Below are positions 23,651 through 35,049 of a stretch of DNA of 64,000 nt, piece by piece; position 1 is the stretch's first letter, and each line of letters starts with the position of its first letter. Source of the stretch: Psammoneis japonica (taxonomy: Eukaryota). The notes under the pieces are model-generated. The model worked only from the letters and a program-made list of their open reading frames with translations. It was not told the origin of the DNA and did not search any database. The stretch spans positions 235,516 through 299,515 of the forward strand of contig QPGO01000071.1 of assembly GCA_008632985.1 (NCBI GenBank). Direction: 5' to 3'. Made by a program: the position numbers and the translations under genes.

Positions 23651-24447
23651 TTATATTGCGTCCTCGTCGGACTTTGTCGTCCGTTCAATGTTATCATTTT
23701 TAGATACTTCCCCGGATATGATGCCTCGTTGAAGTGCAGTTGAAAAGGCTCGCTTCACATAATCACGTTTTACTGCCTCGTTCAAATTTACAGATTCGAC
23801 ATTCGCTGCAATAGAGTTCCATTTTTGACTAAAAGATGATAAGGAGCCGATCTTTAAAGTGCGCCCTGGCTCCTTCAAAGAAGGTAGGGGAAAGGACCGT
23901 GGGCCGGAGCAAGACCTTGATCGTAACACCCTCTCTTTCGGACGTAGTCGTTGTTCAGAGCGGTGTGTGCTTTTACGTTTCTTGAGTGGGCCAGATTGAT
24001 CTTGACATCTAGTAGAGCTTGAACGTTTCCTTTCATGTCTCTCATAAGCAATGAACCAAGCGGTTGTTCCGCAGCACTCAAATGCCTTTGTCCAGCCAAT
24101 GGCATGGTAGCAATTGTGGATGGAAGAATCCTAGCATTGTGAAGATATTGCATTCTCAAACAGTCTTCCATGGCCAGGCGCTGTTGAAATATAGAGGGCT
24201 GATAGGTGTTATGCAATGTCGGAAGGAATGGGTTTGTCGCTAGAGGTAACGCAAGCTGATTAAGTTGGAGGAGAGCCCTTTCATTTTGATTGGCTTGCTG
24301 CATCATTCTTGCTGCGCGAAGGAGTGAATCTGACCTGCTAATTCGAGACGATTCTTGTTGATCATTCTGTGCGGTAAGTAGCCTTTGGTGCTCCCCATCT
24401 TTCTTCGAATCCATGGCCATAAAACGATCACCTTTGCATCGTTGCAT
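23651..24447 (-). CDS. Low-complexity hypothetical protein split over two frames (frameshift or unrecognised intron near 23900)
   Basis: Overlapping ORFs 23875-24465 and 23651-23929; Gln/Leu-rich, with an FPLPSL..LSSFSQKW tail. Confidence 0.4.
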
Positions 24448-25467
24448 ACTTCGATAGGTAGCCAACTTTTTGCCTCACACGTTTGTACTCCGAGCTAGCT
24501 ACTCTACTAGAGCTCCGAGAAAGCAAAACTCTGTGCAGTTTTCACGAGAGTTCTCAACCTACGTACAGTCAGTACGGACAAAGCTGTAGCTTCGACGGAC
24601 GTGGCGGGGTCGAATATCGGAAATTTGGCAAAAGACCGCGGGTTTAGATCTAAATAGAAGATGTCTTTTGATGTCAACTATGTTAAATAGAAATCGATAT
24701 TACTTCACTGTCATTTATTGAAACAAGATTGGAGTAGTTAATCAGTTAAGTAATCGATATTCTCAGTGATGGTCGACATTCCTGAACAAGAATTGTCTTA
24801 TGAAATGTGCGGTCAATGCCATGTCTTCTATATGTACTTCAGAGCAATGTTGATTAGGATATGGCGTTTAGGACGTATCTTGGTCATCGAGATCAAGGTC
24901 GCTTGGTATGCAGATACACGTGAAACTCTGCGCAGTGCCGTTTCTTTGACACTTCTGACCGCACGCGTCTTTGTCTGGCGAATGGCAAGATTTGTACAGT
25001 AGAGACCAGAGGAATGCTGCGACGCATCGCATGCGCTCGAGCTTGCTGAGCGCTGCAACTGTGGGGCCCCATTCCAACCACGTCCGTGACGCTGTTTGCG
25101 CTGTCATCGAAAACCTCCGCCTCCTCCTCAGTGGTCTGCACCAATCCTGCCACTCATGTCTTCCTCTTGAGCCCTCCAGGTTCCTCCCTGAGTGCCGTCC
25201 TCCCTCAAATGTCCCATGAAAGCTCACTTCCTTGTTGTCAAAGTTTCTGCCCCTCCAGCTTTCTTTGCCTGCCCCTGCCTTCTGGCACCTTTGTTGCCAA
25301 GGCTGGCCTCAGCAGCACCTCCTGACACAACAACAAGCTCTTGGCTGGGCCACAACAGGCCTGCCTCCAACCTCCAACAGCTCGTCCACCACCCGCTGCT
25401 GCCGCCGCCAACAATGCCGGCCTCTTTCTCTTCTCCCTTTTGCTTTTGACCATCTTGGCAGCACTGG

Positions 25468-26205
25468 CTGCCACTTCCCTGCTCTTTCTTTTTCAGCCAT
25501 CTTGCCACTTTTGGGCTGGTGCCCCCATGACTTTTCTGACTCCCGCTCTTCTTTCTCTGCCTGCCAAGCCCCCCCTCTCTCTCCTCTCGCTGCCACAACC
25601 CGCTCTTTGCTCAGACCAATGCCACCTGGAAAGAGACTTCCTCTGAGGGCCTTGGCTTTTCCCATGCCACCACTCCTCAGCCTCCCAGTTCCAGGCCTCC
25701 TGTCAGAGCTTTGATTGTGCTCTCTCTCCAGTCATCTGTCTTCCTGTGCAGCGTCTCCTCCTCCACAACTGTGCCCCGCCACCTGTCGTTCTCTTTGCCT
25801 TTGGCCCATGCTGGTGCCAGCCCCCTTTTTTGCCTCTGCCCCTGCTGCTCTTGGCTTCACTCACCTGCCATTCATTTCTCCTGTGCATGCATGCTGCCAA
25901 CACCTGGCTCTCCCTGTTCTCTGTTCAACCGCCATTGGAGCAGAGACAAGGGCAATGTGGTGTTGAGAGCTGCTTGCTCTGTTGAGCCATCTCAAACTTT
26001 GGTCTTTGTCCAAAGAGGCTTCTTTGTGCCCCTGTCTTGCCACCTTTCACACACCAAAATGGCAGCCAAAATTGAACAAGACATGCACTCCCACCTCCTG
26101 GGCAAGAAGAGCTTTTTGGCAAATGTGCTGCCTGCACCTGCAAGATTCACCACCACTGGTGCTGCTGCTTGTGCCACACAAATCAACAGATTTGTGCCAT
26201 GTGGA
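25468..26205 (+). repeat. Long direct repeat, copy A (LTR-like)
   Basis: Aligns with 30659-31665, e.g. gtggtgttgagagctgcttgctc and gagccatctcaaactttgg. Confidence 0.8.
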
Positions 26206-26299
26206 GTTCATGGAGAGTTGTTCCTTGCTTCAAAGTTTTTTCATGCAAAATGTGTTCCACCGTTGACTCAAAGTCTGGACCACCAAAATGTTTGAAATC

Positions 26300-29100
26300 A
26301 GGTGGATCAGCAACTCTCCAATGTTGTTGGTCAAGCGTGCCATCACATTGGCTGGGCCAATGAGCAAGAGATTTGGGCTCAGCAAAGGTGGCATTTGCAA
26401 GCCAGCATCTGTCATGGAAACTGAGCAGTGTAAAGGATCTGGCACAGTGGGGATGCTTTCCCACAAATGGTCTGGAGCCAAGCAACTTGGCAGTCCACAG
26501 CCTTGTTCTTGAGTGGCAAGAAATGTGTTTTCCAACGCACACCCCTCCTGAACAAATTGTTTTTGCACTCATTTTGCAGTGCTGGAAGGAAGTTAGGTGG
26601 CACTTCTTTCAGAACCCAAACAGTCAGTTCATCTGGTGGATGGCAGTTGGAAGCACTCAAGTTCCTGTGGCACGTTGCATTGCGTGACCCTTGTTGCAGC
26701 TTGGTCCTGCCATGCACGGTGGACAGATTTTCATTCCGAAGTCAACTCAAGTGAGCATGTTCTGGCACACTTCTTCACTCTCATTGAACAGACAACATGT
26801 TCATCTAAATGTTGCTTCTTCCTGTTGCTGGGCATGGCTCACAAACCCACTCCAATGCACTTCTTCTCATGTTGGAACTCCACCACACAGGCATGCAGTG
26901 GCAAACAGGTTGATGCCAGTCAAAGAGGGAGAGAGACAAGATGTTGGGTGTGGAGCCCAAGATCTCCTCCTCAGGTGCATGTCCTCCCACATCCAATGTG
27001 TTGGAAGCTGTCAAGTGTCAAATTGCACATGTCCACTGGGCACAGCAGGACCACAATTGTCGAGGTGCACATGTCTTGCGTGGAGTCCCATGGACTCTCT
27101 TCTTCAACTCACGAATGGATGCTTCTTGGTGGATCCTGCCATTCCTTGCAAACATCCTTCATCTGGCCATTGGTCATCTCCAGCACGCCATTCAAAGCAA
27201 GGGTCTGAGGTGCACCCGCATCATGAACAAATGACATGACGGTGTCTGGGTGGTCCTGCTTCCTCTTCCAAGGACAGAACCTGTTGCACCCTCTTCTGTT
27301 GGTGAATGTGCTGCCTCCCATTTCACCATGCATTGATTTGACCTTCAAAAACACTTGGTCTGAGCTGAAGCATCCCTTGACAGCAGGGAACTTAAGCCAA
27401 GGGGCTTTCTTCCACACTTTCCATTCAGAAGGTGCACATGTGTTGCAGACCCCTGCCTGGGTTGTCACTCCAAGTGTGTTCTTTGCAGCCATCACACCAA
27501 CATTCCACCTCTTGTCAGAGAGTGTTTTGGGTGTGAGACAGTCAATGCACAACTCAAGTTGACAGTGCATGGACCCATTTCTGTTCGGCACAGTCCGGGT
27601 GCACGTCTGGGTTGCACCCGTCAAGTGGCCTGTGTCCCTTGGCATCATTGTGGGAGACATTAACTTGGGCAACTGAGCAGTGACACAGCAAGTCATCATC
27701 AGTCTCCATGATTGTGTTGTTGTCATAATGCAAGGTTTGGTGAGATCGGATCAAAGCAATGCACCTGGTCATGTTCATCAAGGTTGCCAGTCCGTCAGAC
27801 TTGGCTGATCTTTGGTGCACACCAGCGCATGCCAACTCAACCTCCCTTTGCGCCAAAGCATCAGCAAGAGGCTCCCATTTGGCGGGAAGTGTCAACTCCA
27901 ATCAAGGAAGACCATCTGGGCCCCCCAGGGCAGGCTTGTGGGAGTCAAAAACCAAGACAACACCATGCAGGCACAATGGAGTCCTGACTTTTGAGTCAGG
28001 AAAGGGATGAAGTGTGTGCTGGCGGCATCAAACTGATGAGGAGTGTTGTGGACAGTCAGTCCATTTGCTCACAGTTGGTTGGGGCACAGCAATGAGTTCT
28101 TCATTCGGTCCCCAAAAAACATGGCCTCGTGGACTGATGGCAAGTGTGGCTGGCCACTGGTTGGGTCAACCCACACAGCAGCAGCTGTGAAAACAGGTGT
28201 GTCCTTAACAGGTTCACACTCTTTGGAGTGTGGATGTACAACAACGGTGTGGTTGGCACTTGAGCACACAACAAAGTTGGATCCGACATTGCAAGTGTCA
28301 GCACGCGAGTCCAGATCATTTGTCATGTCAGCATCTGGGTTTCCAGCAGATGACACCAAGACAAGCAAGTCTTTCAGGAATCAACTGGACAAATGCACAG
28401 TGCCAGCAGGTCCAGAGATGTTTGATCCCATGCCATTTGGTGCTGGCACAACTGTTCATTCCTCAGCCTGAGGTTTCCTGTGAGCAGCGGGCTTCTTGTC
28501 TGACTCATCCGAGTCCTTCTTTTTATCATCAGGTTTTGATTCTGGCTCAGCAATGGCCACATTCTTGATTGCACAAGTTGCTTCAGCTGTGCTCTCTTCT
28601 TTGGAGAAGACAGATCCCGCCTTGTGCTTCTTTGCGGCTTTCTTGGCATCTCATGGAGCTTCTTGACTTGCTTGCTCCTGTTCTGGGCTGTCCAGAGCCT
28701 TCCACTTGTCAAGGGGACAGCGACCTGCCCCAATCCGGGGCTGTCCTTCTTGGCTCCAGGTTTTGCCATGGCAGTTGTCAGGGCAACATCCGACAGCAGC
28801 AACATTGCAGGCATCTGCACTCCAACTCTTGGCATTTTCAACCAGAGTTTTGATTGCTGCTGGCATGTCTCAAAATTGGCAAGCTCAGTGGGGTCTCCAT
28901 CCACTGCACTCTTCCTGGTCTCCAACCTGGGGTCAGAAATGCTCTTGAGAAAGTCAGAGACCTTCTTGGTTTCAGCCACTGGCTTGTCCAATTCCAGGAG
29001 ATCATTGCAAGCTTTCTGATGGTGTTGAACACAATGGGGACTTGTGGCTCAGCTCATCACAACAGTGGCACATCACTGCCCCACTCTGACTTCCCTTTTG
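26300..29100 (-). pseudogene. Copia gag end, protease and integrase remnant; no RT/RNaseH seen
   Basis: KKVSDFLKSISDPRLET (gag); DLDSRADTC..NSLLCPNQL (aspartic protease, 28069-28368); RWNVGVMAAKNTLGVTTQAGV and SFVHDAGAPQTL (pre-integrase and integrase). Confidence 0.8.
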
Positions 29101-29109
29101 GGCATGGCT

Positions 29110-30242
29110 CTAGTCCTTTGAGTTGCTGGGCCTGTCATTCTCACTCTCATTGTTGGTCTTGTTCACACACTCATCATTCTTCCTCTTGTTGTGTTGTTTG
29201 AGAGGGTTGTTGTCCTTCAGATGGTTTGGTGGTGCATCCATTGCCTCATCAAGGGTTTTCAAATGGGTGTCCTTGCCCAGGCTGCAGTCTCTGGCAAAGC
29301 TCTTCTTTGAGCTCTTGCTTGTGGCAGCAGTGTCATTGCTGTTCTCTGTGAGTGGGAATGCTGTCCACTTCTCATGTGCTGTCTCTTGCAGCTCATCCTT
29401 GTCTGCCAGATCTGTGTTCTTGCACTCTTTGGTGTTGGCAACAAAGCCATCTGGCACCCTGCATTGTGTCTCCCATTCCTTCACTGGCAGCATCTTGCTG
29501 ACTCTTGAATCTTGACAGGTGGTCATTCAGTGGCTCACTCTCTTGTTGTCTCACATCCAGCATGTTCTGCAAAGACTTCTTGGCAAGTGTGTGGAATGGG
29601 TGTCAACCTCTCATTGAGTCAAGCACAAGTGCCTGTGTCAACTTTAAGTGGCTCAATCAGGCCATCCCCATTGTCTGTGCAATTGAGATCCCCTTGCACT
29701 CTCTTTTTCATCTGCTTTGTGCACCAATCATCACTCCATGATCTTGGTGAATGCAGCTGTCTTGTTCTCTTCAAACTGCCTCAATCTGTCATCACACTCA
29801 TGCAGCCCAACTTTCCACTGGTGCTCCAGAAGTTCTTTTTCTTCTCAATGTCTCTTTTCCAGGCTGCTCTGACATTCTGGATCATTCTCGACTGGAACAG
29901 GAGTTGTTGTGGCCTCACCTGAAGTGGGTCTCTTGGAGCCAAAATCTCACATTTAACATCCTCTGTGGATCTTGCTGGGTGCATGCCTTGAGTGTGATCC
30001 TTTTGCATGTGACAGATGATCTTCTCCTTGATGTGCTCACATGCAGCATGGCAACTGTTGTCTTTCAGTGATGAAAGATGAAACTTCATCTCAGGCTGAA
30101 AGTGCTTCTTGTTGTTGGTCTTCTTCAGGTTGGAAAACCCATGGCTTTTGTCACTTCTTCCACTGCAACCACATCTTTGGCCTTGGTTGTTTGACACACC
30201 ACTTCCTTTGCCACTCTCATCATGTGGGTCTTCAGGACTCAA
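29110..30242 (-). pseudogene. Gag-like remnant of a second copia family
   Basis: EMKFH..HAACEHIKEKIICHMQK and HLKTLDEAMDA resemble CoDi gag segments. Confidence 0.5.
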
Positions 30243-30658
30243 TTGTCCGCAAGTGTGACAGCATCTTCAAGCACCAAATGCAGTGCCAGCAATTCTTTTT
30301 GGAGCAAATGTTGTTGAGTCAGCAAGTCAATGTTGCCAAAAAGGAGTCCTGTGAGATTTCCTGTGCCATCCATTGCACTTGTTGCCTTGGTTGCTTGCAG
30401 TGACTGTGGGTTGCCAAGAAGCTCTCAAGCAAACTTCAAACTTGCAATGCAGCAGGTGTCTGTTGATGCCAGTGACAAAATTGCACAAACCAAATGACTT
30501 GCTCCAAAGGATGAGATGAGCTGACAGGCAAGAGAGATTGGCAACAATGACATCTTGATCACAAATGAGAAAATGAATCTTCAACATCAAGAGCAACAGT
30601 GTCTTTTCTTCAATGCACCTGGGCTCTTCACTTTTCCCATCTGCAGCATGTTCCAACA

Positions 30659-31665
30659 CTGCCACTTCCCCACTCTTTCTTTTTCTGCCTCCTTGCCCTC
30701 CACCACCCCTTCCTCCATCCTGCCCAAGCCACACCTTGGGCTGGTGCCCCTCTGACTTTTCTGACTCCTGCCATTCCTTTGCCACCCGCCAAACCTTCCC
30801 CTCTCTCTCTCTCCCACCAAACTCCTTGCTCAGGCCAACACCACATGGAAGCAGACTTCCACTGAGTGCCTTGGCTCTTCCCATGCTGCTGCTCCTTTGC
30901 CTCCCAGCCCCAGGCCTCCCAGAGCCTCACTGCTCTCTCCAGTCATCTGTCTTCCTGCCAGCCTTTCCTCCTCCACAACTTTGCTCCTGCTGTCTCCTCT
31001 TCTTTTCTCCATTGGCCCACACTGCCAGAGCCCCCTTTTTTCTTCTCCTCTGCCCCTGCTGATCTCCACTTCACCAACCTGCCCTCCATTTCTCCCACAC
31101 ACGCACACTGCCAAGAATGCCTGGCTCTCCTTGTTCTCTGTTCAACCATCAGAGTGGGGAGGCGCAGTGTGGTGTTGAGAGCTGCTTGCTCCATTGAGCC
31201 ATCTCAAACTTTGGCCTCTGCCCAAAGACACTTTTTTGTGCCCCTTTCTTGCCACCTTTTACACACACAAAAAGAGCAGCCCAAATTGAACAAGAGATGC
31301 ACTCCCACCCTCCTGGGCAAGAAGAACTTTTTGGCAAATTTGCTGCCTGTCAGTGACATGGAAAATTGGACACAAAGACAAGTTGGCAACTTTTTTGTTT
31401 TTCACGTGTGGGAGAAGCACAAATGAAAATTTTTCTTCTTTTGTCAGTGCACTTCAATCTGACCTGCTGCCTCTGACATGTGCACACGAGCAACAATGGC
31501 CAGACCTCATTGCCCATGTCATTTGCACACAAGTGCAAGCTGTCATTTGCTTCAATTGACCACAAATCATTTGTGGCTGGTTTTCCAAGTTGCTGGCCTG
31601 CACTTGCAAGATTCACCACTGCCGCTGCTGTTTGTGCCACACAAATCATTGGATTTGCACCATGT
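30659..31665 (+). repeat. Long direct repeat, copy B (LTR-like), interrupted by a 245-bp insertion
   Basis: Colinear with copy A on both sides of 31351-31595. Confidence 0.8.
31351..31595. mobile_element. MITE-like insertion with imperfect TIRs of about 26 bp and a 6-bp target-site duplication
   Basis: Absent from copy A; left TIR cagtgacatggaaaattggacacaaa vs reverse complement of the right end cagcaacttggaaaaccagccacaaa (19/26); flanks gcctgt / gcctgc. Confidence 0.7.
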
Positions 31666-33686
31666 GGTGGGGCTGTCAAAGTTGAAGGTTCCCAGCATGC
31701 AGCGCTGGTGTGCAAGGACTGGCTGAATGTGCAGGGTGCAGTTTTGAGTTTTTGGGGCTTGTTTTTTGCCAAATGCACAAAAATGTGCTGGTGTGTAGAA
31801 ACACACCAGGGTTCTGCATGGCATCACACCAAAATGTTGTGGCACATCTTGACAAGCTGGCTGTTGCAACAGAAGTGGCTGGAAACAAGTGACAGCCACA
31901 AAACTCACTGTTGCACACTTTTGCAGCCATCAGCACCCACTCAAGCAAGTGATGGCACACTTGCTGCTCAGTTGCTCAAACACATGGGCCTCAAGGGTGT
32001 CATGCAAGATCTCATGCTGTGAGTTCTCAAGATTCCTTTCAGACAAGAGAACTTGAGACTTCAGCCAATGCTGCCAAATGCACAGCAAGCTTCAGACAAG
32101 CAAACCTGAGAGGGTGCAATGGGCAATGAATTTTTGTGCACAGTTGTGTGTTGAAACTTGAAGTGCCAACAGCATCAGCATTGGAGGGAGGAGGCTGTGA
32201 TGCCGTCAATCAGTGCTGCATCTGTGCAACATGCATGCAGCCAGCTTCAGTGCATTGTTGAGCACAAAACCTCATCTCAACCAATGTGTTTGGCTGGTCC
32301 TTGGTGGTGTGTGCAGCTTGCTCAAGATGCCCATCATGCTGGTTGACAAATGTCTGCCAGTTTGTGGAAAACAAACAATCTTGCAAAAAATGAGAGTGTC
32401 AGCTCCCCCAGTTTTCCACACAAACAGGTCCAGTCAGATCAGAAGATTCTTCTCTTACACCTGAGCTCTTCACACTGTGCAAAGAACATGGGCACATCTT
32501 GCCAAAACAGTCAGATGCAGTGGGAAAAAAAAACAGAAAACAGCAGCTCATCAAAGAGGCAACCACAAAAAAGCCATGTGCAGAGTTGAGATTTTGCCTT
32601 TTTGTCACCAGCATCCTCAAAGCAATGAGAACAACAACAACACTGGCCAGCACTTCAGAGTGAACAGATCCAAGGGAAAAAGCAACAAAAATTGAGGGAA
32701 AGTCTGTCAGATTTGCTCGCACAAAGTGTGCAGCAATGGAAGAAAGGGAAAAGGCAAAGCTTTTGCTTTTGTTGTTGGCAGCACACCAGCTCTTTTTTCT
32801 GACAAGCCAAGGGCCAGTGGCTGAAAGTTGCCCCCCCCCCCCCCCTGCACACTTTTCTTGGCACAAGGAGGAGAGAGAGGCACAGCTCACTGGCCTCATG
32901 TTGAAAGTGGTGCAAAGTTAACAACATGGCTTGAAATTTGAACCAAAGTTGGAACCTTGCCACCACATGCAGCAGAGCACCCCACACATCTGCAAGCTGC
33001 CAGAGACATGAGCAAGGGCACCACCCAGCTGGGACAATGTCACTGCAGGAGAGGTGTGGCCTCAGCATGTGGCCATGCTGCTCTGTGCTGCTGCTGTTGT
33101 GTTGGTGTCTCCAAAGATGCAAAATGTGGCACAGCCCCCTCTCTTTTTTTCTTCTTCATTTTCTTGTTTTTTCTTTTTCATTTTCAGTTGCTCCAAACAC
33201 CAACAAGCTGTCCCAATGTTGCAGCATGGCCCCTGAAGGTCTGCAAGCAAAAAGCTGAGTCTGCTCCTGTTGGGCCACCAGTTGTTGTCTCCTCTCTCCC
33301 TTTTTTCTCCAGTGCCAGTGTGTGCATTCGCAGAGAAACCGGTCTGTCCTTTTGGGACGGAAGGCCAAATCTCCGTAAATTGTCTGGGACATGCGAAAAG
33401 GGATGTGGAGACTTGAAAAAAATGTTCGGGACACCGCTGAGACAAGATCGACGCGATTGACAGGCTGCCGGTAGATCACAGGCTGAGCCTCAGCTCGTCT
33501 GTCGTCCGTTTCGCCACCTGCAACGGGAGACTGACAGGAGACACAACGAACTGACTCACAAAAAGCATCATTACCATGCCGTTGAGGATTATTCGAGGGT
33601 GCAAAATAATAAGTTACTGTCCAACCTGAAACCTGTTCAAAAACAACATAAGGCAGGGAGTGGTTGACTGTGGAAAAGTAACAAGA

Positions 33687-34957
33687 ATGGCAAGCTTTGC
33701 TCTATTGTACTTTTCACTTGTTTCGTGGCTGTTGCAGTATGGTGGAGCCCTGTCACCATGTTCAAGATCCACTCAGAAATACCTTGCTCGTCCTAGCGTT
33801 GCAGCACTTGCATCTACTTTTTATGATGATTTTGAAGACTTTAAACAAAACAATGACGATGAAGACGACGAAGATGATGACGATGACGAGTATAATATGG
33901 ATGATGATGATGCCGTCATGGCCGACTTTCGTTCTCGCATGGGCAGTCTGTTTGGAGAAGGTGACGACGACTCGTCCGGCACAACAACTGACGACGAAGC
34001 AAAAGAAGAAATGACGGTTGATGACTTGATTAGTTTTGCAACGAAAAAAGGCAAAGCTTCAAAAGAAGAAGAAACGGATTGGGCAACAGCTACCGATAAA
34101 GTACAAGGTGGCGTGGTGCTGCTAGCAAATCCCGAAAAATTTTGTACCGACATGAGTGAAACGGGTGAATCCTACACGCCGAGTCCAGCCTTGTTGGCCA
34201 AGTTTGGTCTTACTTTACCACCACCATCTGATTTAGGTCCCGATCGTCGCGCTGATTTGCTGCCTGTTTTAGTCGTTTTGGAACGCCACCCGATTCGTGG
34301 TTCCCAAGCGCTATTGTTGAATCGACGAACTGGATACCTGTTGGGTGATTTGGAACAGCCACCGTCGGATGACGAAAACGGCGATAGTGCGTCAGTTGCT
34401 TCACCACCCAAACTAGGAGCATTCATGATTCAACCGCTTTGGTTTGGAGGCACATCTGCTGGCAGCAAGGAAGGCGCAGGAGAGGGTGGCTTGGATATGT
34501 TGCACGTGTGTCCTGCTGTGGAGGGTGCTAAACAGTTGACACAAGATGGCCTCTATTGGGGTGGGGATCCAGCACAAGCACAAGAAGCCATGAATGACAA
34601 ATCGCTTGATCGTATAATGACAGGGTTTGATTTTAAGTTCTTTGTGCAAAGTACAAGATGGTTTCCAACGCAGGTTCGTTAGTCCTCGACGAATATATCG
34701 CATCCTGTTGCCCTTTTGCCCTTGTGCATTAACTTTGTTGCCTCTCTTCTCTCGCAACTTAATATACACAGCTCGAGAAAGAAGTAAAGGACGGGACATG
34801 GTTTGTAGCAAGTACATCCAAGGAAGTTTTGTTCAAGAGTCGTGATCGAATGGGTACACGGAGAGCGAAACCATTGTGGACGGAAATCATGGAGCTTCTC
34901 GGCGGAGAATACAAGGAAGTTCGCGATAAGCTATATCGTGATGAAAATGATAGCTAG
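33687..34957 (+). CDS. AlgH/YqgE (DUF179)-like protein with signal peptide; 2 exons (intron 34674-34771)
   Basis: ALLLNRRTG, LWFGG, LYWGGD, FKFFV..W..TQ|LEKEV..GTW and LWTEIMELLGG. Confidence 0.8.
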
Positions 34958-35049
34958 GAAGTTTTTAAGATGAAAGTTAAAAGTAGCTCTCTATGGTAGG
35001 ATTCTATTTACTGCTGGTGCGTGTTGCCCAGGGGCATAAAAATACACAC

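Larger units (their letters stand above)
25001..33400. mobile_element. Nested, heavily mutated repeat island containing Ty1/copia (CoDi-like) remnants
   Basis: Both TpA and CpG nearly absent; gag, protease and integrase fragments; long direct repeats. Confidence 0.85.

Noticed and set aside
25001..33400. Dozens of overlapping Cys/His/Trp-rich ORFs in all six frames, here and in the other islands
   Set aside because: Expected by-product of TpA loss, which removes TAA/TAG stops; not treated as genes or metal-binding proteins.
25001..33400. Classical fungal RIP
   Set aside because: RIP converts CpA to TpA and enriches TA; the opposite is seen.
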